From Podarcis melisellensis (taxonomy: Eukaryota): a DNA stretch of 64,000 nucleotides. Positions 1 through 13,895 of the stretch are shown here, piece by piece; within the stretch, counting starts at the first letter, position 1; every line of letters begins with the position of its first letter. The notes beneath the pieces were generated by a model, which worked only from the letters and a program-made list of their open reading frames with translations, searched no databases and was not told where the DNA came from. A program made the translations under genes and the position numbers. Where the stretch lies: NCBI GenBank assembly GCA_964234715.1, contig OZ174287.1; one strand, 5' to 3'.

Positions 1-57
1 ACCAGCAGTGTTTTCAGGACATAGCAGTAGAGCCAGAGTGGTATGAGTTGTACTTAC

Positions 58-270
58 CGTGCCCCGCCTGAGAGCGAACTGGATGGAGTCAAGATCAGCA
101 ACGGGACACCAGACTTCGGCAATGAGACATTTCTGGGTCACATCAATGTTGCAGAGGTTCAGGGTGTGGTAGATGGCCTTCATCTTGCGCACCTTTATGA
201 ACCAGACACGGACGTTCTTGGCAGCAGCCTGCAGGACCCTCTGTCGGTGATCCTCGGTTTGGTTCAGCAC
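58..270 (-). CDS. ATP6V0A1: ATP6V0A1 coding exon (exon 10 equivalent, 213 nt): [71 protein letters not shown]
   Basis: Manual minus-strand translation matches vertebrate V-ATPase a1 as I recall it; AG acceptor at 272-271, GTAAGT donor at 57-52. Gene continues off the left edge. Confidence 0.97.
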
Positions 271-2438
271 CTGAAGGGGAAGAGGGACCGTGTCACATAA
301 GGCCAGGCTCAAGAGATGCTGAACTGCATTCCAACACTGTCTAATTCTGAGAATTCTGCTGTAACCGAAGATACAGGAAGCCTGGAACAAAGACTGTAGT
401 TGTGCATACTACGGATTTTGCATCCAGAGAACAGGGAATTACGTGCTCCAATTAAAATAAATGCAATTACCCATAGTCTTAACATGCAATGTTTATTCTG
501 CTTTCGATTAACCAAGGAAAGATGAGACTCAAATGGGGCATTCATCATTCTCTACCCTATCATCTATGGAAATTTTACTTAACCCACTCCAGCTTGAGAC
601 TTCACATATTTTCAGATCCTATTTTTGCAGCCATACAGGCTACAAACTTTATATCTCCCCCCCCCGCCTCCCCCAGATGTTTTTTGTTGTACAGCAGACA
701 ACCATGTCCATGCCTCCATGGTACAATCCCAGAAATCCCTTCCAGCCCAAGAACAACAAGATGTTTAGCTGAAGGCAGAGGGAGGGAATGATAACTACGC
801 AGTGGTGAGGCAGACTGAAAAATGGGGGTGGACAGGACCACCCCTGCTCACGAGCTCTGCAATTCCAACCATGTTGTTGCAGTTACATATGCTACATATT
901 CCACAGCATCCCTGCCGAGTATGCCAAAAGAACAAATTGCTTGCATTCCCAGTAAGAGAATGTTCACCCCTGCCCCACCTCTGCTGGCATTTGGTAGAAA
1001 AAATGCAGTATGGGGGGCGGGGAGAGAGACTGCGTGGGGAGTTTCTTAACTTTGGCAGATTTCTTGTGAAAAAGATCAGATTGCTTCAAAACTTTACATC
1101 TGAAAAATGACCATATAGACACAATAAGTCTATTAAAAAGACTAAAACAATATAACCACTCTGGAAGCTATAGCAAGGCCAACTTCTGACAGTACCCAAA
1201 AACCAACAAATGACCACAATTAGTGCTTTACAGGGGGCTAAACAGAGCTGCATTTGTTACCTCCACAAGAAGTGCAGCCCATTGCCTCAGGGCAATGGTG
1301 AGCCCAACGTACTATGCCAGTACGTACTATGTCAGGATCTTCAGTAGGGCCTTTGCTAAAGAAAAATATGTCGAGGCAGAAGAGGGACTCCGCAAGACTA
1401 GGATATCTCAGGTTAAGTTAGCTCCTTGAATTGGGCCAAGAAGCTAGCCAGTAGAGTTAATGGCTAGAGACAAATGCAGCCCCTGAATGCAAAATACCCA
1501 GTAAGCAGATGGCTTGGCATTCTTCGAAGGTTACTTTCTGAAATCATCCAGAGAAACCAAAAGCAACTCAAGGCTGGCATTGAACGCCCACTAGAAGCTC
1601 CAAATCAAGTAATGAGATGTGGTAGCTTACAGTGCCAAAAACCTCCAAGGTCTAAGAGAATCAGCAAGTAGAAATTCGCCCTGCCAATTCCCAGGAGGAG
1701 ATAGTCTACAAAGGCTACCAAAGTTGCATACCCAGCCAGGGAAGCAGATTGAAATAAAGGATGTCTCATTCAGGGAAGCTTAGTCAGGTGTCACAAGGTA
1801 CACTGGGAAAGTATTGGGACCAGGTTACCTAAAGGACCTTCTTCATCCACATGATCTTGCCTGTGTATTGAGATCAAGTAGGTTGGGCAGGAACACAATA
1901 GCATTTTCAGTGGCTATTCACCTCTATGCATTTTTTACCCACTAAGATAGGTATTAACGCTTTTATGCAGGATTTTTAAAAACTATCTATACCACCTTGA
2001 TTTTTTCCTGTTGGTGGTATTACAGTGCTGAAATTGAAATTATTTTGAATCATGTATACTATTACCTGGAGCTCCTTAAATAGTTGTTTTTATTTTATCT
2101 ATTTTAATTATTGTTTACCATTGTAAGCAGCCTTGTGAGGGTGTCTACCCTGAGATATGGCCTAAAAATACTTAATTAAGAAAATAGTTATAGCCTTAGG
2201 AGGGAGTGGGTTTGGACCAGAACCAACACCTGATTCTAGGGACACCTGGCAATTAGCTTTCACAGCCAAATTATCTGTCCACTTAGATCAATGAACACCA
2301 CACCCCCTATTAGAGTATATAATTGAAGATAAACTTCCCTGAGGGTAGCAAACCAACCACAACAGAGAACAATTCAGAGCTCAGGAGGAGCACCAAGGGG
2401 GGAAAACTGATCATTCCCCACCCCCGCATCATTCATAC

Positions 2439-2532
2439 CATCTGAAGGTCATCGATCCTGGTGTTGACTCCAGCAGCCATTTCCTTCCTTTCCTGTGGAG
2501 TTTCTGGACAGGGGTAGAGAGAAGCCCGGAAT
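2439..2532 (-). CDS. ATP6V0A1: ATP6V0A1 exon 9 equivalent (94 nt): FRASLYPCPETPQERKEMAAGVNTRIDDLQM
   Basis: Translation match; AG acceptor 2534-2533, GTATGA donor; phase consistent with neighbours. Confidence 0.97.
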
Positions 2533-2675
2533 CTGAAAGACACACAGTCTGCTCAGTGACAAAGTGACAACACAGCTAATATGATGGAGTGCTCACCACT
2601 TGAAAGCCAGCTCTCCATGAATTTGGAATGAGCTGCTTGAACTCCAAGAACCTCCCGTATTTCCAACTTGCTTAC

Positions 2676-2758
2676 CCTTCACAGATCTTCTTGACTCGGT
2701 TTTTCAGCTGGTCACCTTGGAAGAAAATAATGAACACCGACTTGTGCACATAGTCCCC
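2676..2758 (-). CDS. ATP6V0A1: ATP6V0A1 exon 8 equivalent (83 nt): GDYVHKSVFIIFFQGDQLKNRVKKICEG
   Basis: Translation match; TAG acceptor, GTAAGC donor. Confidence 0.97.
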
Positions 2759-4518
2759 CTAGAAGAGAGGGGGGGGAACCAACGCAGGGAGAAGCCATTA
2801 AACAGCGGAATAAGCTTCTGGGGTTAGGCTAATATGGAGCCATTTCCTGGGTCTCAACTACACACACACACCCAGCAGCCTGCCAACATCTGTACCATTA
2901 GGGAGCCTTTCAAAATGTATCCAGTTCCACCTCAGACCCTGCAAGCTCCCATACATGTTCCAGGGAGAGGCTATCGAGTAACCTCATTGTGCTTTTGCAG
3001 AATAATTGAGGGGGCAGGGGAGGAGGAGAAGCAGAGATTAATAACCCTATCTAATTAAGTTTGGCTGGTATAAAGAGGAATTGCAATGTAACCAGAGAAC
3101 CCAGGCAAATAAGCCTAGCAGCTGAACAAGGATGTGATCTGCAGTAAACAAGCAGAAGGAAAAGGAGTGAATGGAAAGGAACTGATGTATGCGGTGGACT
3201 TTAGAGTCCAAACCCTTGAACTCTCCGGGGAGGCCAGCAGTGCATTCTTCAGGCAGCTGGCTGGGCTCAGATAGCGACTTCCCCCCTTCCTGCATTTGTT
3301 CAAGAACAAGACACCGGGCTACCTCCATTAGGAAACTTTTGTGCAGCCTTGATGAGAATAGGGGCATTGGGTGGGTGCAACCTTGTTGTCCGTTACACTT
3401 TCCTCTGCTAAGGATGAAGGCAGCTGATTGCTATGATTCCGACTGCCTTCTCTAAGACAAAGACATTCTGAATCCTAAGCTGGGACTGTGCTTTAAAAAT
3501 ATATATCCCACCCCACAAACAGCTGATTCCTGCAGCATATACAGACATGCAAATGAAGGGAAAATGAAAAGATTTGCTTATCTTGGACATTAGTAGACAG
3601 GTGGTAGGAACAAAATAAACCTTGACTAGGGACTGTGTTGTGGAGGGAAGAGAGACCTCTTTTCTGCCTCTCACGCACCCATCTGAACTTTTCACAAATC
3701 CTAATTTCACCTTCATTGTAACTGGTGTTTGGTTTCTCAAACAAGACACCCAAGAGTCAAGCCTGCCTGGAAGCATTTCCCAAGACTTAGGGTAACCCCT
3801 AGAGTAGCTAGCAGTACTCAAGCTCCATACAACTTACTACCTCGTATAATAATAATAATAATTAATTTTTTATTTCTACCCCGCCCACCTGGCTGGGTAC
3901 CATTATTTGTCCTCACTACTAACCCTGTTGATACTGTTAGTTGTTTAAGTTAACAAAAACAGATCCATCTGTGTCATTTAACAGTGTGTTTCAGGATCCG
4001 TTTTGTTTACATTTTAAAACATGTGACAAATTTAATTATTATAGCACACCGACATAGCAAACATGTACTTAAATCAAGTCTATCCAATATTTAGAGAGCA
4101 TTTGGTTTTTGAGCTCATTCATCTAGCTTAATGTTCTTCTTTAGTGGACTAAAACCATACATAGTCAAAACTTAAACTGAGAATATCTTTTTAAGGATAT
4201 TGACATAAAACTCTTTTGAGGATGTATTTGAGGGTACTGAGATAAAAGGTAACTTCTATAAGTGAATTGTTAAGCTGTCAAAAGAAAAGACCACTTTTAA
4301 AATTTCACGATCCTACACCTCCACATAATGAGGGCATTATCAAATGGCTTCAAAGCAAGCAGGAAGTTGTATTTCAGATCCAATTAAAATATGATTTCCC
4401 CCTGATCCACAACAGAAGTCAAGCTTTTGTTAAGAAGAACACACTGTAAGAAGTTAGGCTGCAAGCTTTCATCTCGACAACCCACAGCAGCCTGCGGCTG
4501 CAAAAGCAGTCCTTATAC

Positions 4519-4645
4519 CGTCACAGGGTCCTCCAGCGGATTTTCAATTTCAGCCTGACGCAAGAAGACATTTCCACGACACACCCTCCACAGCATCCGC
4601 TCAAAGGTAGGGATCCGCTCACGATTGATCACACCAGCCACAAAT
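4519..4645 (-). CDS. ATP6V0A1: ATP6V0A1 exon 7 equivalent (127 nt): [42 protein letters not shown]
   Basis: Translation match; CAG acceptor, GTATAA donor. Confidence 0.97.
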
Positions 4646-6222
4646 CTGAACACAATGGAAGTCACACAAAAATAAAAGAAATTAATATGCATTCGGCAAT
4701 TTTCTGTTCAGTGCAGGGCCTGGAAGACACACAGACAGATACTGTAAAGGCAACAGAAAGCAAGAGAGGGACCCAACATGAACGGTTTGGTGAATGTGAA
4801 AGGGAAACAATCACCGTCTATGCAATTTTAGTAAAAAAAAAAAAAAGAAGGAGGTAGGATTCAAACTCTGTTTCTTCCAGCATTAAGAACTACCTGACTT
4901 TTAGAAAACATCTGAAGGCAGCCCTGTTTTGGAAAGTTTTTAATGTTTGATTCTATTTTTAATATTCTGTTGGGAGCATTATTATGATTATGATTATGAA
5001 GCCACTTTTGCTCTTTTGTGCTGTGCCTATAAAAAGGCTTGACACACTGTGGCTAAGGAAGCAGAACTATGGTTTGGCATGACATATAAACTGGCAACCC
5101 TTGTTTCATAATTGACCAGCAAAACAGGATGAGGAACCGTGCTTTGAGGTGGATTTGTGAATCATGATATGCGATGTGGTGTCTGAATTGACCAGCTATA
5201 GGTCACAGTCTATTCCCAAAGACTGCTACACCAAGGAGAGAGGCATAATCTTATGGCACTGAGTGTTGAGACAAAGGAAAAACAAAAGCAGCCAAGCACT
5301 CTACACACCACATAGTATACCTGCTGTACGTTCGGAACCTCAAACCATTATGGGTTCTAGATAGTTAGTTCAAAGCGTGATTGGCATTAAAATCTGAGAT
5401 GAGGCAAAAATTAGCAAATGTTATAGAAATAAGACCTAAAGAAGTTACATTCTCAAAGAGGTGGAAATTTGCTGCAGGACACTATTTGTTAAAATGGTCC
5501 ATTTAACAATGATTAAGCAATTATATAAAAAAACTAAGATGCACCACAGAAAATAAAACAAGTGAGTATCAAGTACAATACTACATGAAATCAAACATGA
5601 GAATGGAAGCTGAACAAAATTCATGCAGACAGAAAAACACATAGGATTGTCATTTTGCCTGAATTTTGCATGCTAAGAGGAGGACAAATTTAGTAGATCT
5701 TTAACTGAAAATCATTATTTCCATGTCAGCCTTTCAGAATCTGAACAAAATCCACTATTGTGTAAATCTAGAACTCTGTTTATCAATTGTTGGTGCACAT
5801 AAAAGGCATCCATAGCAGCTGTCAAGGCTATCCAAATATCAAAGCAGCACTACAAGGAGATAGAGTGAAAACTGATAAGCTACAGAAATTCTATATTATC
5901 TGCACAGCCTGGGGCCAATATTTATTCGGTTCTTTACATTTCCAAAAACATAAAAGTGGAACTGCTGTCAGTTAACTGCTTTTCTGTCAACAATCTGGCA
6001 CGAGATGCATCCTGTTCAATCAGATCTAATACTGAGCAACTTAATTCAGATTCAGCTAAATAATATGAACACCAAGAAATAGCTTGCTCTCCTCCAAGGA
6101 ATCAAGAATAGTATGGAAGAATGCAAACCCAAGTCCTACGGCCTTAACCAATCATGACTGATGCGCAGAAGAGATCCTACAGAACACAACCGATGCTGCT
6201 GAAAAGTGAAAGTTGCACATAC

Positions 6223-6326
6223 CCTAACCGTAGCGGGGTTCCTCTTCCCAGTTCACTCGGCTCCAGCAGAGACGAAGACTCCTCCAACAGGTCGGGATCC
6301 GCCATCTGCTGATGATGCAATTCAGC
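6223..6326 (-). CDS. ATP6V0A1: ATP6V0A1 exon 6 equivalent with tandem acceptors: long form 6326-6223 (AELHHQQ+MADPDLLEESSSLLEPSELGRGTPLRLG), short form 6305-6223 (83 nt)
   Basis: Two in-frame CAG acceptors 21 nt apart (AG at 6328-6327 and 6307-6306); GTATGT donor at 6222. Confidence 0.95.
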
Positions 6327-6819
6327 CTGAATTCACAAATCAATTAACATCTAATGAAACTAGTTAGTGGCATGCAGGGGGATGAGGAACCAGGAGATGG
6401 ATGGAGAGAAGCAAAGAAATACCAAAGGAGGAAAAAATGAAAGAAGAGAAGGCTCTAGGAGGATGTGAAGAAAAGGTGAGCAAGGCATCTCCACAAAGCC
6501 AACAGAGGGAGAGCGACATGATGCTTGCGAAACACAGACCTTCCAAGCTGGGCATAAAAACTGCAAGTTAAGCTCCAAAGAAATATGGTGGGAAACGGGC
6601 AATCCCTCATTCAAGCCTCTGCAGAGTTTTGAAAAGGGAGTCTCCCCTCCCCCCCCTTTAAATGCCACCATGCAACCACTATGCAGCTGCTCTGTACTCT
6701 AGTGCATGCTATCAGCCTCAGCAAAGATGCTCCAGGCTCTATAGAGAGAGGCAAACATGTACATAGAAGTTGGAAGAAAGGCAAGAGGTTGTCTTGGCCA
6801 AGAACTGGATGGTATATAC

Positions 6820-6947
6820 CAGCTTCCTCAAACTTGGGTCTCCAGCTCTTGTTGGACTACAATTCCCATCACCCTACCTAGCTGGACCAGTGGTTGGGGA
6901 TGATGGGAATTGTAGTCCAACTGGAGACTCAAGTTTGGGAAACACTG
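6820..6947. mobile_element. Hairpin-shaped non-autonomous hAT-type MITE (GGACTACAATTCCCATCA/TGATGGGAATTGTAGTCC family)
   Basis: Internal inverted repeat, CAG...CTG ends, near-perfect 8-bp TSD gtatatac/ctatatac. Confidence 0.75.
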
Positions 6948-8590
6948 CTATATACACTGGGCTATGTATACTATGAACCTTAGGGAAAAGATAACAAAAT
7001 ATTAAAATTCTGCCATAAAGCAAACCATGTTCTACACTAAACAAAGTTAGGTGTCAGTGGGTTATGATTAAGCAAACTATAGCGCCTACCTACTTATACT
7101 GTAATTTATTCTGCTTCTGTTACTAATGGGGAATAGCAAAAGTTATGTAGGGCACTGAAGCTCAGTCCTGGAAAGCCTCCCAGCCCCTATTCCATTTTCT
7201 GTGATTTCAGCAGGCATTTCCTATGTATTTTTCCTGCCTAGTTTCATGACCAGAGGGGTCTAAACCTTTGCTTTATTTACTTACTTATTTAATAAAATGT
7301 ATATACTGCTTGATTGGAAAAAAGAAACCTCAAAGCAGTTTATGAAAGATGAAACAGTAAAGTCAATAAAAATTTAAACCCTACTTTAAAACATACAAAA
7401 GTTTAAATACTAAAAAAGATTTAAGATCGCTTTTAGAAATATGTGGATTTTAGGGTGCTTATACCCAACACCAGGGCCTAAAAATTTGAACCAGAATTCT
7501 GCAAGCTGAATCAGAACTTAGGCAAATCATCGTAATATCCTATTATGAATGATTTATTATGAAATGTGATTGCTCTGTCCAATTTATTCTGCTTTTGCTA
7601 GCTGTACGTGGCAAAGAACATGGAGGACCCAGCTACAAATAATAGAAATCTCATTAGCAATCCTCACTGGCTTCCGAGATTTCAGCAGGGTTCGCCCACA
7701 CACTTCCAAGAATACTCTGCCATAATGGCTAGAAAAGGGCTTTTGTTATTTCTTTTTATTTCAATATGATCAAGAAGCCAGGTTTTAAAGTTACAGCATA
7801 ATCTTGTCTTATACCAAGTTCTGTGCTTGTACAGAATATACACAGCCCCAATTTATTTGACCAGATTGACCTTGCAAAAAGATCTGAAGAGGAACAAGAT
7901 AATTTTATATCCTCCAAATGCAAATAACTTGCTACTTCTGCACCTTGGGTGAACCCCACAAAAGGGAATTTTGACACCCTTTTCCCCCAGCATGCTTTAT
8001 TTCAAACAAAGCATGCATGTACACATTTGTTTATTATTTAATTTCTTTTATGAATTGTTTCCCCTAAAACATCTTTTTAGCTCTTCATCTTTTCAGCTGG
8101 AATTCACGACTTAATCATTTCCCCCTGTAACCTGCTGGCTATGATTTAATGGAAACTTAACTTGCGCAAGCGCTCATGATATAGCTCAGGAAGGATGTTG
8201 ATGCTACACCCTCAGAGGCAGCATTAACATGACAAAACAGTCAAAATCATTTCCACCTTGACACAGCCCATACGGTAAAGAAAACACTTGGGAGAAAAGA
8301 AGCAGATGTAGCTTTAAAATAAGACATCACCTTCCAACACGCATGCAAGGGGCTCCTGCAAATGAAGGGCATGAGAATCTGAAGACACACATATCAGACC
8401 AAGCAACTGGCCATGAGTACAGACCACAGTCCAGCAGCACAGGCAGACTGATTTGCTATTCAGAACACAAAGGGGCTCCTAAAATATCCCTGAAATTGTA
8501 AAAAGCACAAGCTTTCGGCAACAGGGTAATAAGGTGGGAGTGTGCTGAAATATGCTCCCCTGGTCTTCCAATTCCTTCTCCAATCTATAG

Positions 8591-8720
8591 CAGGACTGTT
8601 GAACTTGTGACCTCTCCTGATGATATTGGATGACAACTCTCATCATCCATGCCCACTGACCATGCTGACTTGGGCTGATGAGAGTCCAACACCATCTGAA
8701 GGGCCACAGGTTCCCCATCC
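8591..8720. mobile_element. Degenerate copy of the same hairpin MITE family
   Basis: Decayed CCTCCAGATG/CATCTGGAGG-like arms. Confidence 0.5.
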
Positions 8721-11700
8721 AATCCACAGTTACAATACTTTAAGGAGGAGAGGACAGAGAGTGAAGAAAGAGCTGTGAGTGGAGGGACCCCCTGTTCCCC
8801 ATCGTTTGGACCTCCTGGGAAACTCAACAAACTTGCTGTACCTGGAACCGGGTGTGGAGAGGACAGCTGAATGGGTCACAGCTGTGGGCAGCCTGAGGAA
8901 GTACTATCCACCTTAGCTCTGCCCATTAAGAGTCTAGAGTGAGAGACTAGGGTGATATCTTCCCCTATCTATTTCATTCTGCATGTAGCAAAACAGATGT
9001 GTAGGTATGTCCCATGTAAGAAATGCATAGGCAGGATTCACATGATATCCTGGCAGAAACAGTATCAGGTGAACTAGCCTTAATTCTTCCATTTTCAACT
9101 CTCCTATTCATGATACCGTTTCACAAAAGATAATTTGCTTTCAAGGCCTCTTTGCTTCCTCCTAAATCTCCCCTCGTTGTGCCTACCACCATGCTGAAGT
9201 CCCCTGCCTGACTGTTCAAGGAATGCAACAAAGAAAGCAGGAAATAAAATGCCAGCATACTCTATAAAACACAGCTCCTCCAACATACGTACATGGAGAA
9301 CACAAATGGCTGGGGTTTTTTTTAAAGCGAAAGATCTTGAACTGCATTTGCAAGTATGTTTATTTCTATTGTACAAGTCCTCAAATTATGTTACAGGGAG
9401 CCTCCCCATGCGAAGGAGGGAAAATGGAAGTCAGCAAGGGGCATGGAGGTAGAGACTTGCTTCAAACCTTGTGCCACTTCCGCCATCAATTTGATGACAA
9501 TGCCTTAGCTTTCGTTTGTTGTTTGGGAGGGCCAAGCTCAGACCCAGTGATAGTTCCTGCTAAAGAGGATTGAATTGTATCAACATCTCTCATACCAACA
9601 AGCAGCAACCATCCCACAACATGAAGAAGAAATGCACAATCAGAAAGCTTTCCTACAAGAGCATCCTTTTTATGGCATTTTATGTTTTATTGTACTTGCG
9701 TATTACTTTTACACCACCTTAGTATTTTTTTTTAATATGAGAGGCACTCTATAAATACTTTAGCTGTTGTCCAGGGTGTGCAGCTCAAGGTCTTTCTGCA
9801 ATGGATATACAAAACATCACACACACACAAGCCCTAGAGTGAATGACAAGAGTAAACACAGATACAGTTTTCAGTCTGCAACAACTGCAGCAGGGACCAC
9901 CAAAAGGAGGAACAGATGACAGATGGAGAATGAGAACTAAGGGTTGAAGATGATGACAGAAAAGAAAGAAACCAGAGGAAAGAGATGGAAACTGCATGCC
10001 ATTAACCATTACTTTTCCAGTCTTCTTCCAGTCTACTCTGGGGCACTTATGGTTAATAGATCCAGAGATATTTCTCCAGTTCTTACTGTTCTTCACAAAG
10101 CAAAAATATGAAGACCGAGAAAAGAATCACCATTTTAGCAGAATCAAAACCATTGCGTCCTTTTTCATAGGCAAGAAATGGCTTCGCTGGCATTGTGGTC
10201 CCATTCGTTAATTGTCGGGCCCCATCTTCCCTCCTGCAGCTCCCACAGCTGAATTCAGGGTCCACAGATCAAAGACTTGCCTCGCAAACCATTTCTTGCT
10301 GTCAAGTTATGAATATTTCACAAACTCCCCCAAAGTTTTACAAAGTCTTCAAATGTTGAACTGCAGCAGCAAGTTTCTCAGTGGTTTAGAAAAAAAGATG
10401 ATGATTAAGCAACAGCTCTGTTGTGCCACCTTAAAAACCGCTGCCTAAATTTGAATCACTGACAGGACCATCATCTATTTATGTGAAGCTCTTTCAAAGA
10501 ACAAACATGAAGCAACTCATGACTCTGAGGAAACTACATTTCAGTGGAAAGTTACACAGTACATACTATTCACCGTGGCCTGCTTAGTCTAAACAGTTGC
10601 TCAGATGGGTCCCCAATCCTAAAAACATTAAAAAGAGACTTTGTAGAGGCAACTGCACCATTCAGCAAGCACTACCATTCATTATACCCTGTTTAGATTT
10701 TGAAGCTGAAAAGCTGTGAAGGCCTAGCTCTCTTAAGCAGCATAAGACGTGGCCAAACCTGTGTCTGGAATGTACCACTTCAGACCACAGGTGGAGTTCC
10801 AGTGATGGGATGTTCCACCACACAAAATATCCTGTATGCAGAAAACAGGCGTGCTGCTTAGAAGGGATTGTTCTTTTATATGAAGATGCTCACCATCATG
10901 TGATCCTGCTGTAAATGTTCACATTTACGCTATGTATTTAGTACAAGTAAGCAATTGGAAGAACTGCAATTCCAGCAATGCCCAAGTGGGAAAACTTGGA
11001 AAAAACATTTGCTGGACAATGCACTGCAAAAAAAGCTCAGCTGTGGTAAAGGGCAAAAATCAAAATCATCACATAACTTACCTAAACTCAATGTCAGGTA
11101 GCTGGTGTTGTGCAGTCCAATATAAGGTTGCTCTTCAGCAGGTATGATACTTAAGTAGGCCATCAAACAACACACAAAGCTCAACATTTACACACATAGA
11201 TGCAGGTTGCCGAGCCAAAGTAAAATTAACCAGCACTTGTTGCACCAAGATTGGATGCTTCCCCAAACACTACATGTTCAAGTGTTTTTCCACAACTGTG
11301 AAGGGTCAGGAACTTCATTTTTATTTCAAAGGCGGAAGTTGAGCATATATCCACTTAATCCTAGCTGTCACATTTCTAAGTGCTCCAGCTGCTTCAAGTA
11401 TTTCTTGAGAACCATTTGAGCATTGCACCTCAGACGGAACAAGCTGTCCATGCAGCCCCCCTGCCTTAGTGCTAGGTGGATGGTTAACAGCAAAGGATCA
11501 TATCAGAAACGTTAGAAAGGCCCTATAACCGTGGTCAGCAATTAATTTTTACCAGAGGCCACATTTGTAATTAAGCTAGGTTATGGCCATCGATGCTCCT
11601 GAGAAAAAAGCAAATTTTTGCTTATATATTTGCTTATCCTGTGCAATTTACTCTCAACATTCTGAGATTTCACCAGACACTGCCTTCAATCCTACCTTGG

Positions 11701-11824
11701 CACCCTTAACAGGCAGACACTCAGTTTAAAATATACACAAGCCAAGATTCTCAGGATGCTGAATGTCACATTCAATACCAAATTCCACACTTAGATGGCA
11801 GCTGCAAAACCCAAAGCACAACTC

Positions 11825-11850
11825 GTGTGTGTGTGTGTGTGTGTGTGTGT
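11825..11850. repeat. (GT)n microsatellite
   Basis: Direct reading. Confidence 0.95.
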
Positions 11851-13003
11851 CCAGGAGGCACCACCCCAACCGACCACAGCTTACAAACTGTTTTTCAACA
11901 TTTGAAGACAAGGAGCTTAGACCCATTATTGATCATATTCCCCAAGCACCCACATTATCATCCACAAAGCAAGAGCAGAGGCAGCAAAAAACTTGTCGTT
12001 TTTCAAAGAAGGAAAGCAAGATCCCATTTTCTTTACCTAACAAATCCATTTTTCTCTGAGTGTTGAATTAGAGGGAGGGTAGCACTACTGGACCACAGGT
12101 TTCAGGCCTTTACCAGGGCTCCAACTATCCAAGTTGAACATGACATATCATGGTTGCAAAAAGCCTCTTAATGGAGTCCATAACTCTACAGTCTAGGGAA
12201 CATAAATCTAAATGTGTTCAGTGCCATCATATCACCACCTGGAAGAACAGACTTTTCTAAAGCATTTGTTTGGATTTGCTAGTGACATTCATTTAATGAT
12301 GTGTCAAAAATAGTTGCTGATCCAGATTTTTTAACTTCTGCCACTTTCTCTACTACCCTTCCTAAATGACTAACAGGACTAGAAAAATCCTAGCCAACTG
12401 GCTGTCCAGATGCCTAGAAATCTGAAGGGCATGAGCAGCAAGTCTGAAACACATCAGGGACTCCCAGCCTGACACCTAGGTAAGGCTCAGATTGTGCAAA
12501 CCTCTTGTTGACCTGTTCTAACATTGTGCTATTCAAAAGAGGGAGACAGATCACTGTGCATCCATACTTTTCTTTCTTGTCTAGCTAACAGAAATGAGGC
12601 TGGAAATATCCTAGCATTCAGTTTTCCTTATTACTGAAACTTTGATCCTAGCAACTGGAAATCTGGATAGGTGCTCTGCTTTCCAAGCCCTTTTCCATCA
12701 TGCCCCCAGGAATCTTTCAGGGGCTCTACATGATCAAAGGTTTATACACCCTTCTGACAAGTGTCAGAGAAATATTTTACCTAGACACGAACACTTAGCA
12801 ATTGCACATAATGTAAGCCATGGGGTGGCTAGCTCGTATGTTTGCATGAATGATGGAAAATAACTTGTAGAAGTTTCTCGAAATTAAGGGGAGGCACTGC
12901 TGCCCCAAACTGCAACTTAAACAAGCGTTCTCAAGAAGAAAAGTGGAAGGTTGTGATGAGCTGGCCCAGCTGCATAAGAAGCAAAAACATCCGATATTCT
13001 GAC

Positions 13004-13132
13004 CTCATCAAAAAACTGCTGAGTTTTGCGCAGTATAAATTTTAATTCCGTCAGCTCCAGGAAGTTCCTTTTCAGGGCTTCCTGGTTGGTATTAATCTCT
13101 TTGAGCTCATTTTCAATCTTCTCAAAGTTTGC
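13004..13132 (-). CDS. ATP6V0A1: ATP6V0A1 exon 5 equivalent (129 nt): ANFEKIENELKEINTNQEALKRNFLELTELKFILRKTQQFFDE
   Basis: Within ORF 12917..13258(-); polypyrimidine-CAG acceptor, GTCAGA donor. Confidence 0.97.
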
Positions 13133-13797
13133 CTGCAGAAAAAAGAGAAGTAAGATGAAAGTGAGTTGATTATTAGCTGTCAATATGCTGTAGTAGACGC
13201 ATCTTTTCCTCGATGTATGAACTGTCAGTTCCTTTAATCTCTCTATAGCCAAATTCAAATCCTATGCTATAATAGAGATAATCTTCTACATTAAAGAACT
13301 ATTATTTTTACCTTTTACAGCCAGAGATGCCTTTGAACAAATTATATAAATCAGTAACTAAACTGTCATTGGCTGATGCATTTATGATTCCCTTTATTGG
13401 AAAACTAGAGAACTATAAAAGCTGGGCTCCCATCAAGGTCGTTTGAATGATTGCTTATGAAGTCATGAACAAATGCTGGAGCAAAACACTTTATTCCCTC
13501 ATCCCCTATTGTGCATCACCTTCAGAACAAAGACCGTGGCTAGTATTAAACCAGTGTTCTTTGTTAATGTCTGGACTAAGGAACTCTGGCTGAACCATGG
13601 TTAACAAACCAGGAAAATATGTCAGGGTATTCCCCCAGACCTTTCTGTAAAACTCTATTCAGCATCCAGTTCTAGCTATTTCCTCTGCAATCTGATTTTC
13701 CCACTCAATATTTCACTTTTCACAGCCCTGTATCAAGAGAAATAAGCCTTGCAAAACCCCAAGGTGCTATGATTTTACAAGCCACAGTGTTATTTAC

Positions 13798-13895
13798 CTC
13801 CAAATCAATCATGTCTCGGGGGAATGGCACCTCTGGATTCTCGCCGGTGTCTGTGATGGGAATGTTGGCCTTCTTAATCTCCTTTTCCACAAACC
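13798..13895 (-). CDS. ATP6V0A1: ATP6V0A1 exon 4 equivalent (98 nt): (R)FVEKEIKKANIPITDTGENPEVPFPRDMIDLE
   Basis: Translation match; TTTTTAG acceptor, GTAAAT donor. Confidence 0.97.

Noticed and set aside
1330-1870. Possible decayed LTR starting TGTCAGG; similar texture at about 44450-45130
   Set aside because: No matching CTGACA end or TSD found; cannot support without a repeat search
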